Positions 1-9,122 of a stretch of DNA of 64,000 bases are shown here, in pieces. The notes beneath the pieces were generated by a model that saw only the letters and a list, made by a program, of their open reading frames with translations, ran no database searches and had not been told where the DNA came from. Both the position numbers and the translations under genes were made by a program. The stretch spans positions 7,564,001-7,628,000 of the forward strand of contig OZ365115.1 in the NCBI GenBank assembly GCA_977030845.1, given 5' to 3'. Every line of letters starts with the position of its first letter. Position 1 is the first letter of the stretch. Source of the stretch: Fimbriosthenelais zetlandica (taxonomy: Eukaryota).

Positions 1-124
1 AGACAGCGGGCGCGCGGTTGTTCATGAAGTCCTCATGTTGTTCCTTGGTATGGATGTAAGGATCAGGTTTGGCGTCAGGCGCTGGATACTGGGCTGAGAT
101 ACGCTGTTTGAAAAATTCCAACAC
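1..124 (-). CDS. DUF4062 gene exon, truncated by window edge (VLEFFKQRISAQYP...HEDFMNNRAPAV)
   Basis: tttcag acceptor at 125-130; open frame to position 1. Confidence 0.85.
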   Translation of the reverse strand, partial: MLEFFKQRISAQYPAPDAKPDPYIHTKEQHEDFMNNRAPAV

Positions 125-2923
125 CTGAAATAACAGTTAAACATATTAATTAGTTATTGCTTAGAATAGTTTAGAAATTTAATAATCAATGGCAATATAA
201 TGATTATATTGATAATTCTAATAAGTTAGTAATTTAGACCAACATTAATACTATGGTACCTTAAATTGTTGAGAAGTTAAGATAGATCTACCTTTGGAGC
301 GAAAAAATCATCCAGTCCACCAAGTTCGACTAGAGCTCTGTCTGGGTTGTAGCCAAGATATTCTACATTGTATGTGAAAATTCTGTCACCCTGGAAAAAA
401 ACAAATAAGTCCGGCCCCCATTACTTAGTAATTAAATATTAAGGAGAGAACTGTTTAGAGAATAATTAAGAAAAAATAGGAATGTAAATCACGGTTGATC
501 ATAATGGCATTAAGTCCATTATCTTTAATTTTTTTAACGCCGAATACTAAAAAAACAGAATTATTAGTGATATTAATGATTTGTCACGCATACTTTGCAT
601 TGCACTATCACGCAGGAATATTAGACTAGCCTATAATGTACAATCCCCATAAATAGATACCGTGTACACGCCTCAATCAGAATCAATGACTGTTAAAATA
701 TTAATAGGTCAACTTAAGCATTAGAGTGAATCTCCTGGCATCGCTATGTTACACCTAATCAATAATGCAGTCAGTAGAGCTACAAGATCTGAGCTAGAGA
801 AAAACAACAGAAAAATGCATTTTTTTAATGCAACAATTGGGCCTATAGTTCTTACATAATTAAATTGATAGTTCTCACAGATTTTTTTTCTCATAAAATT
901 TGTTTTCGCTGAAGATAATAGAGAAGTCAAGGGTAAGGATGATATCTGGATATTGTAGCTATGGTATATATGCTAAGCCTTGGCACCTGGTAGTTAGCGG
1001 GTGTATATTATATATACAGGTAGGCCTATCATTGATTAATAGATCTCTCACTAAATGATTGATTTAGTGCAGTCTTTCCATGTAGAGGAGGAGACTCACC
1101 GCGCCTGGCCGTGGGTGGAGGTGGTCACCGGTCAGATGATCCAGTGGTATCACATTCTGAACAAGCCATTTTAATGTGTCAACAACAGAGGGAATAAATA
1201 AAATAAATATAACTCGCTTATATTTACAACATCAAAAACAGACAGTTCACTCCCCCCTCTCCCTCACTCACCATCTACAGGTACCTACCGATATATCAAA
1301 TCATAAATATTTTTGGAGGAATGTCAATATCTTTATCATTACCCGGTATTATAGATCAGAGGGGGATAAAATAATATTTTAATCGGTAATGTGGAGATGG
1401 CAATATAAGTCGAAAATAGATAATAAAACCTAGCCTAGTCATGCAGCCACGACCAGCACCAGTTGTTTAATAGTTGTTACGTAGCCTAATAGTTCACTCA
1501 AATTCTATGACTATTAGATTCACCAGACCAGGGGAGAATTAAGATGATTGTTATACTCACCGGATACCTCTCACTGATCATCCGTTTCAGCGTGGCTAAC
1601 TTTACAGGAGCGATGTCTTTACTTTCAACGAAGATTTTCTGATATTCCTCAGGGACGTCTTTCAGGAATGAAGGGCTCCGGAGCATGAACAAAGCTGAAT
1701 GAAAGAGAGGACGATAGTATGAGCAGAAATATCGGTTTTATCATTTAAAAAAAAAGATAATCAAACCTATCCTTATAACTGTACCACATTGGAAATATAT
1801 TTTGGAAGACAAAGGTAATACGCAAAAGGCAAACGGAAAAATAATCCTCCTGCGTAGAATTATGTTTCTTTTAATATGGATAAGTCAGAAAGAGAGGATG
1901 CCTACCATTGGGGTTGTCTACCCTGTAGGCGGCATGTAAGATCTCCATCTCTGTTACAGATAAGCCATTAACCCATTTATATTCATCAGCTACAGCTTCA
2001 GGTATCTCTTCTGGTCCAGGTACCCAACCCAATCTTTCACTGTCAACGAGAGAATAGATATCGCTAATAAATTTATGACAATAATTATGACAGGTTCTAG
2101 TTACTTGCCTATTTACAGTTTTAATAAAAATATAAAATCATGTTATATCTCCGTTAAATGAACTGCGTTCGAAAACAAAGTTCCCAGTAGGCCCTACTAA
2201 CCTTGTCATATTGACAAAGAAGGGCATAACATTGTCCGAGTAGCATCGGTCAATTTCCCCCAGACAAGCCCTGATTGTGCTCTCCGTATTGGTATCTTTG
2301 GGAACGCCCTTGAATGGAATACATGTATATCAATTATTTTAATTAGAAATTTACGATTTACCCTGGTATACAAATTCTTGAGTCCAATGATAAGGAAACA
2401 CCATGTAGGCCTAAAAGGTAAAATTATTTATCTTACCCATCTTAAATCACATTCTACCAGTTGTAGTCGCAGACTCTCACACCAGAGGCGCAAGTCTGGA
2501 AATACCTGGAAAATTAAAATAGCAATTATATCATTGATATATATCAATATAATTATTAGATTAAACGGTATACAAGTACGGAAAAAGGTCCAGGGTTTCT
2601 TTAATATATTTTTTAATTTTTCATTAATTCAAAAATTAGCCTGAGGGATAATTATGCCTGCCCGGTAGCTATAGATATAATAGGCCTACCTTCTTTACAA
2701 GGACCTCTCGTTCTTGATGGAAGTCTCTGAATGTAGAAGAAACAAAGATCCTCACTGTTCTCCAGCCTGTTCTCCGTACTACCAGGTTCTTTATTTTGGC
2801 CTTAGTTCCAGGCCTTTTACCTGTTGTCTTCCACACTCTGTCCCACGTGTCATTCACCTCAATGTAGTGAGGGTTGTTGGAGAATTCATTGGGAGCCAAG
2901 TTTCTGGAAGCTCCACATCCCAT
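1..2923 (-). CDS. DUF4062-domain protein, TEP1/NWD/TTC41-related (5' part only; continues past left edge)
   Basis: Spliced exons 2690-2923, 2437-2505, 2202-2308, 1906-2039, 1561-1694, 292-390 and 1-124 join in frame with GT-AG ends. Translation includes WRTVRIFVSSTFRDFHQEREVLVKKVFPDLRLWCESLRLQLVECDLRWGVP...CLGEIDRC...ERLGWVP...SVTEMEILHAA, the DUF4062 signature of TEP1/NWD1/TTC41-type proteins. Downstream NACHT/TPR or WD40 domains are outside the window, so the subfamily cannot be fixed. Confidence 0.85.
292..390 (-). CDS. DUF4062 gene exon (GDRIFTYNVEYLG...FFAPK)
   Basis: ttttttccag acceptor, AAG|gtag donor; 99 nt. Confidence 0.85.
1100..1156 (-). other. Candidate 57-nt in-frame cassette exon of the DUF4062 gene (NVIPLDHLTGDHLHPRPGA)
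   Basis: GC-rich island in an AT-rich intron, bounded by cttgttcag and GCG|gtgagt; phase 0-0, no stop. Confidence 0.45.
1561..1694 (-). CDS. DUF4062 gene exon (LFMLRSPSFLKDVP...ISERYP)
   Basis: ctttcattcag acceptor, CCG|gtgagt donor; 134 nt. Confidence 0.9.
1906..2039 (-). CDS. DUF4062 gene exon (ERLGWVPG...EMEILHAAYRVDNPN)
   Basis: ttgacag acceptor, ATG|gtagg donor; 134 nt. Confidence 0.9.
2202..2308 (-). CDS. DUF4062 gene exon (GVPKDTN...PFFVNMT)
   Basis: ttcaag acceptor, AAG|gttagt donor; 107 nt, ends phase 2. Confidence 0.85.
2437..2505 (-). CDS. DUF4062 gene exon (VFPDLRLWCESLRLQLVECDLRW)
   Basis: ttttccag acceptor, TGG|gtaaga donor; 69 nt. Confidence 0.9.
2690..2923 (-). CDS. DUF4062 gene, first coding exon (MGCGAS...EVLVKK)
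   Basis: Acceptor tccacag directly precedes the ATG; donor AAG|gtagg; 234 nt, phase 0. Confidence 0.85.
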
Positions 2924-3179
2924 CTGTGGACATGGAAAAATGTTTTTTTTTGTAGTAAGGGCATGCCATTTGATTTAGACCTATATCAAGGAACCATCTT
3001 AAAAGTTCCCAAGTTCTTTTTCTAAATTTAAGACTTTTAATTTGGAGCCAGACCAATAGGCACTGCCTCACACTATATCTTCAACTAAAGTTGGTCAACT
3101 AAAGTTGGTCGTGTAATACGAATTTCGTGGATCAATTCGTTGACTAAATCTGCCCACTGTGACTAGGCCTACCAACACA

Positions 3180-3780
3180 ACTACCCCACCACCGGCAACA
3201 GGGGGAACTAACACTCAATGCTAAGTTAATGGAGCGTCTCTCGGAATATTCAGACAGCGTTTTTAGATTTATGAAAGCACTTCGGTAGATTTTCATGAAG
3301 AATTCATGGCATGCAAAAGAATTTCGCAAACGAAGGAACTAGGATTTAGTCATTTTTGGCCCCATGCGACTACCCCACCACCGGCAAAACTGGAAACTAT
3401 GCCTAATGGTCAATGATGGGGCGTCGCTTCGCTTGGAATGTTCAAACATCGTTTGTGGATCTAATAAGGCTCTCAAATGAGCCAAAACTAAAATCTGTTG
3501 GTGGATTTTCATGAAGAATTTATCGCATCCAAAAGAACAGAGCTACGCTGTGTGTAAAGCTGTAAATGGCGAGATAATGAAAGCGGTGTTTTGTGAGCGA
3601 TAATAGGAGATTTGGCCGCCGGGTCATAACAAGAACGAGTTGACCGTCCGGCGACCTATACGGCAAACAAAGGAACTACAAGTTTAGTCACTTTTGGCCC
3701 TGTTCGACTACCCCACAACCGGCAAAACTGGGAACTAATGGTCAATGGCGGGGCGTTTGGAATCATTTGTGGATCTAACC
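3180..3780. repeat. Degenerate three-copy tandem repeat (unit up to ~337 bp)
   Basis: actaccccac(c/a)accggcaa recurs at ~3180, ~3369 and ~3707; aaggaact...tttagtca.ttttggccc at 3333 and 3670; gattttcatgaagaatt at ~3289 and ~3504. Confidence 0.8.
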
Positions 3781-5243
3781 ATAGACATGATAGAGATAGG
3801 CTAGACCTCAGACCATCATCTAGCTATATTGCTTTAAAGGGCCCTAAATTTAGGAGAAAAACAACTTTATGAATAATGTTTGAGATATGGTACGTCTCTA
3901 GCTAAACACTAAATTAATCTAATAAAAAAGAAAAAGTACCGGTACCTAGGCCTACTCCATGCCTTTAGACAAAACTTAGGCATAATATAGTCATAGGCCC
4001 ATGTAAGGCCAAACAAAATAATACCGTACCGGAACCTTTGTTTGGGGTTTCACGACCGACGGTCATAAAAGGGTACAATTTGAAAGATAGGGTGGAATGG
4101 TTAATTGGCTTGTAGGTTCCAACCCCCACTCCCCTTGCCCATTAGACACGCAGAGGTGTGAAAGTTATAGGGCCAGCCCTTTACCTCGAACCCACCACCG
4201 GCGACGATCAGTATAACAACCCCCAACCCCATAATATTCGTAGCCTACCCCTACCCCGGTGCCTCTATACTAAACCCTATCCAATAGCTAGGTGTGAAAG
4301 CTTAGCTAGGTCAGTCCCCATGCACCAGCTAGGCCTACACCCCCATCCCACCGACTCTTAGCTTTTAGGCCTACCTGAAGCTTGCTTCACTGGTTTTCTC
4401 CAGTCCACCTGCTGATTTCCGTGTCTACAGGCCTATATAGGCTGCTATAGACACACACTTACATCACCACCTGATCGGCGGAGGAGGGTAGCTGGTGGCG
4501 GGTTCGAGGCACAGTCTGGGTCATAGCTTTTACTAGTACCCCTACCCCGGTGATTCTTCTAACTACGGTACACTAATTAATTTCATGTTACCCCAAACAA
4601 AGGCAGGCCTATTATTTGTTGGCATAATTAAAAGAATTGCAGGCATAGGCCTAGGCCTAAGCCTATATATAGCCTAAGCATTGGCCTAGGCCTATATAGG
4701 TCAATAGGCCCACAACCACCTGCTCATTGCTGCAGTGCAGCGTCCCATAGGCGTCAACCCAACAGAGGTAGGCTACGGTACATCTGAAAATTATAGCCAT
4801 TCCACCCAATAATAGCCTAATTAGGGCCTAATACAAGAACATGTTAAATAAAGCCAATACCGGGTATATGACTGGTTAAAATAATGATGAACCAACCTTT
4901 AGTTTATCCGAAACGACGTAAAACACTTGACAAACTTTGTTCAGATGGTGACTGCAACAGGTTTGTTTTGGTTGTCGCCTAGGTCGTGTACAGGCCTACC
5001 TCTAGTGGCGAGATCATGAACTCCTAGTCTTCCCATTATCCGCTTCGAGGCGCTAGTGTCCCATGAGAAGCACATGTATGCCTTAGGCTGCCCATAGACC
5101 GTCAAGGGCTGCCTAGATTATAAATATTGTTCCTTCTTGGCTTTTATCACCTTTGTGGCATTAATCAACATTGTACTAAGTTCACTACCGAACACAATAT
5201 GAGAAAATACACGTAAATGACAGTTCTTTTCACGTTGAGTTTG

Positions 5244-5340
5244 ACTTACCGGAAGTCTCGAGTTGCTTTCCCTTTCAGTGTTAATTTCGACCAATCAAAT
5301 TCATTCTTAGGCGGAAGTGCCGAAAAGATAAACATGGCGG
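5244..5340. promoter_or_regulatory. Putative bidirectional promoter shared by ICMT and the DUF4062 gene
   Basis: CCGGAAGT (5249-5256) and GCGGAAGT (5311-5318) ETS/GABP-type sites, GACCAATCA NF-Y box (5289-5297), YY1-like AACATGGCGG over the ICMT ATG, and a minus-strand CCG|GTAAGT donor at 5250/5249. Confidence 0.6.
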
Positions 5341-5522
5341 CGCTCTGCCCTCACGGCCAAATTTCCTTGATAAACTTTTCAGTTGGACTTTCTCCTATTA
5401 TAGTGTATTCGGTATTCACTTGGATCCCTTTCTTTGGACTCTTTGTTAGTTTCTTAACGTTGGCTTATGGGATTTTAATTCCCGTGGCTTTCGTTCAAAG
5501 ATACCAGCATTTTGACTTCAAG
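5334..5522 (+). CDS. ICMT: ICMT exon 1
   Basis: ATG in aacATGG context; AAG|gtaagt donor; 189 nt. Confidence 0.9.
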
Positions 5523-7023
5523 GTAAGTGAACTCGCCAGTCCCCTGCGCTCTAACCAGGTTACAGGTAGGAGGATAGCCTGACAGCTCGGGCCCTATGTT
5601 TACCTTCAAGTTTGTACATGCAGGAATAACTTAACCTGTGCTAAATGCCGATTTCAAGTTTGTCAATCCAACACTAAGTACTCATACGGTAGGCCTATGT
5701 TATAACCTACAGTAGATCCTAGATCTATCTTGTTCTTTGACTCATGTCAGTCATGATCATCAATGATGTGATGATTCATTTCTCCATTTCTGCCCTAGCC
5801 CCAGGTCTATTGGCATTGACAATGCAACATGTTATGAGACTGAGCTTATTGAAGATTTCTGTCTTTTCCTTTTTCAGGTAGCGGTCCGCGCCTTAGGTCT
5901 TGGTTTAGCCTTCAGTACAGGATTCATATGGAGCCTTTATTTCGACACCAACTGTCAACACTTTGCCTGGTACTTGACTGCCCTCAGCTTCTTTCATTGG
6001 TCCGAGTACTTCACCACAGCCTTGACAAATCCCAAGAATCTCTCTCTCGACTCCTACCTACTGGACCATAGTCGCGAGTACCATATTGCAGCCTTTCTCA
6101 GCTGCATAGAGTATAGCTTAGAATTGTATTTTCTTCCAGGTGAGTTCTGTACTTAACTTTTTTCTTTCAGATCCTTTCATTGATTCTTTATAAACTTCAA
6201 ATTGAACCGTGTTATATTTCTCAGGAAAGAAAGACTATAATATTAGGCCTAGCTTATTTATCCACTTTATTTTAACAATATTCAAGGGAGTTATTCATGG
6301 AAAATATTTCGCAATTTGCTCTATTTTTCTTTCCCTCATCTCATTCTCATGCTCTCTACTTGCAGGTATGAAAGGTAATTATTGGATCAGTCGGCTGGGA
6401 TTGTGCATGATCTTGGGAGGAGAGCTGCTACGCAAGTTGTCCATGTTTACAGCCTTGTCCAACTTTAATCACTACATCCAGAGAACCAAGGACTCCCAGC
6501 ACCGCCTTGTCACACACGGTGTCTACGGCTTCTTCAGACATCCGTCCTATGTGGGTTGGTTCTACTGGAGCGTGGGAACTCAAGTATGTATCACGTCCAC
6601 TATCCAATAGACTATATCCACACCAATCCATTTTAAGAGAAAAATGAAATATTGTAGTATTTAACGTTACTTCTCTAATTGGATTATATTTTTTTATCAT
6701 TAGATGTCATTTCATGAGGGCAACTATATTCCTTTGATTTAAACACATTTTTAAAATTAGGTAGACTATTTTCTTATAATAAATTACATTTTTCTCAGAT
6801 ATTAGATGGAGATTAAATATTTAATTCTGTCTTGCAGGTTATGTTAAGTAATCCTTTCTGTTTCCTCGGCTACGCCTGGGCCTCCTGGCGTTTCTTCAAA
6901 GCACGCATTGAGGACGAGGAAATTATGCTCATCACTTTCTTTGGTCAGGAATACCTCGACTACCAAAAGAAAGTGGGTACAGGACTACCCTTCATCGAGG
7001 GATGTCGTGTTGACCCACATTAA
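5334..7023 (+). CDS. ICMT: Protein-S-isoprenylcysteine O-methyltransferase
   Basis: Exons 5334-5522, 5878-6139, 6366-6583 and 6838-7023 total 855 nt = 284 aa + stop. Hallmark motifs: LSFFHWSEYFTTA, LLDHSREYHIAA, GGELLRKLSMFTALSNFNH, HRLVTHGVYGFFRHPSYVGWFYWSVGTQ, WRFFKARIEDEE..L..FFG.EY..Y.KKV.TGLPFI. Confidence 0.97.
5878..6139 (+). CDS. ICMT: ICMT exon 2
   Basis: cttttcctttttcag acceptor; CAG|gtgag donor; 262 nt. Confidence 0.95.
6366..6583 (+). CDS. ICMT: ICMT exon 3
   Basis: ctacttgcag acceptor; CAA|gtatgt donor; 218 nt; contains RHPSYVGWF. Confidence 0.97.
6838..7023 (+). CDS. ICMT: ICMT exon 4 (terminal)
   Basis: tgtcttgcag acceptor; stop TAA at 7021-7023. Confidence 0.97.
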   Translation, partial: VMLSNPFCFLGYAWASWRFFKARIEDEEIMLITFFGQEYLDYQKKVGTGLPFIEGCRVDPH

Positions 7024-8970
7024 GCATCTCCCCAGCTAGGCAATACTTGTTATCTGTGAACCACTCTAGTCTCTTGTTTTAGAGCTCATTTTGGGGTGGT
7101 CTATAAGATCTTCATGTAAATATCTTTTACCCTGATTACCACTGGCTGGTGAAAGGCAAGCGAAACCTAGATATATATATGGCTAAAATATCTTATAACA
7201 TATTCTTACAAGTTCTATTCAAGTTCTGGAACAATGTCCCAAATTTGTATGTCATATGGTTGTATTGAGACAAAGAAGTGAGCATGTAGACTTATTCTGC
7301 ATTATATTATGTAATCTCAGAGACAATTTAATTTTATAAAATGCTCCCAGTTATCATTCCAACTCATATGATTTCTGGTTTTCCCAACTTAGGTTGTCTG
7401 ATATTGTACTATTAAGCGTTCATATAAATTACACCATATATCTGGGTTTCATTGCATTCACCTGAGGATCTGCGGGTTTGCTTATTTTTATACTTTTCTA
7501 TATTTTTCTTTGCTCATCAGGTTATCTTAACTCCGTTGTTGTAATTTGGGCGCTTTAATTAATATGATACTCGTTGCAGCAGTTGCCGTTGTAATGCTAT
7601 GTGCGCATGCTAGCATCTGATGTCTAAGTTAACCAACCGTTTGCTATACTGATTGCTTAACGGTTCAAAGCAAAAGTGAGTCGGCGTTAGAAATATGCTA
7701 TTCGGAGTTACCAATATATACGAACGAATCGGAAGGAGCAAGTCCAGAGTGATATTTTTATGGGGGTATGGAGGGACAAATTATGACGTGTACAAAGTTT
7801 TTGCTCTAGTCAAAAGACTGAGTGTATATAGGATGGTAAAGTGTAATTATTTAATTTTATCACATAAGTCGTTTAGGTGCCTCAGGGGCCATTGACATTT
7901 ATCATTAGGGCATGTTGTACCAAAGCAGTTCCACGGGTGTTGAGGGACATCTATGTAAATCAGATCATGTGTGATGCCAACACTGCAATTAATTTACTTC
8001 ACTTCCATTTGAGAGTTTCAGTAAAACAACTACTGAGTGTTAAATGTCCAAGCACAAAGCTGGTCATTGATGCCTAAAGGTGAAGATAACGCAGCTTCAG
8101 TTTCCTTATATTGGGTACCTTATCATAGGTTGTTGGTCTGTTTCAATGAACCCTGCTTGTAAAAGGGGTAAATTATACCATAGACATAGAGATTCTATGT
8201 CTATGATTATACCTACATTGTTGTTGAAATGCTGTAATTTTCATTTGCAAGTAAGTTATATAATGTAGCTTGTTTCACTAACTTTTAAATGTGACCGTGT
8301 GATGATTGAATGTTTTAGGTTGGATCGCTATATGTATAACGTACATGCGGTGTGGAGGGAGAGTTGATACATATCATTTCTAACGCTTCATTGTTAATAA
8401 CTGCAATGAAAAAAGAAACTTAAACCTCTTCCTTAATTATGAGGAGGAGTTGATAAAAAGCCATATATTTTGTACGCGGATGAAGGCAAAACATTCAAAG
8501 GTAGAAAACTAGTTTTACCGATTTTAAAATATATAATCCTGGAGGTTGTAATTTCCATAAATTGTTTCCAGTTTTCAAAGATAATTATGGAACCGGGTCA
8601 TTCTATTACTGGATCTTGGTTATCCAGTACGTACTAAAACACGAGAACGTTTGCCAAGGAAATCAGGTTAGGCCATACCCTTGCCTGAAGGACTTTCGAT
8701 TGCTAATTGTTTCAAGTGTCTCAGCCTATGCCAATTGGTGACATCCTGGTGTTGTAATCATCCTGCCTCTGAGAAAAAACTGAATGTACAATTGAATGTA
8801 CTATATTATATAGTAGTCACCATCTCTCAAAATCCTTACGTGTGGTTTCACAAAAATCACTTTTTCTTAATCCAACGTTGTGAGAATATGTAGAATACAG
8901 CTATCCCAATGAGAAGTCTTGTGATAAATGAAGTGAATGAATTATGGCCTTAATCTACGTATTTCAGATC

Positions 8971-8976
8971 AATAAA
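8971..8976 (+). terminator. Candidate ICMT polyadenylation signal
   Basis: First AATAAA I found after the ICMT stop, followed by a GT-rich tract (tgtggtctgtatgtctg). Confidence 0.45.
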
Positions 8977-9116
8977 ATGTTATATCTATATCCCTGTGGT
9001 CTGTATGTCTGACAAACTGAAATCTTTACAGTAAGAACAGACCACTCATACCTTGAAAAAAAAGCCACAGGAATTCAGGAGAAGAAGTCGTGGCTAGAGT
9101 GTTGGATTGTTGGTGG

Positions 9117-9122
9117 TTTATT
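9117..9122 (-). terminator. Candidate distal calsyntenin polyadenylation signal
   Basis: AATAAA on the minus strand, followed by a pyrimidine/T-rich tract. A proximal minus-strand AATAAA also lies at 13977-13982. Confidence 0.35.

Noticed and set aside
4375-4530. Possible extra 5' exons of the DUF4062 gene (4375-4424 and one ending at 4463) and a tRNA/SINE-like GGTTCGA at ~4502
   Set aside because: The two blocks are only 38 nt apart and out of frame with the ATG exon; no cloverleaf or complete A/B boxes. The 4375-4424 block could still be a UTR exon.
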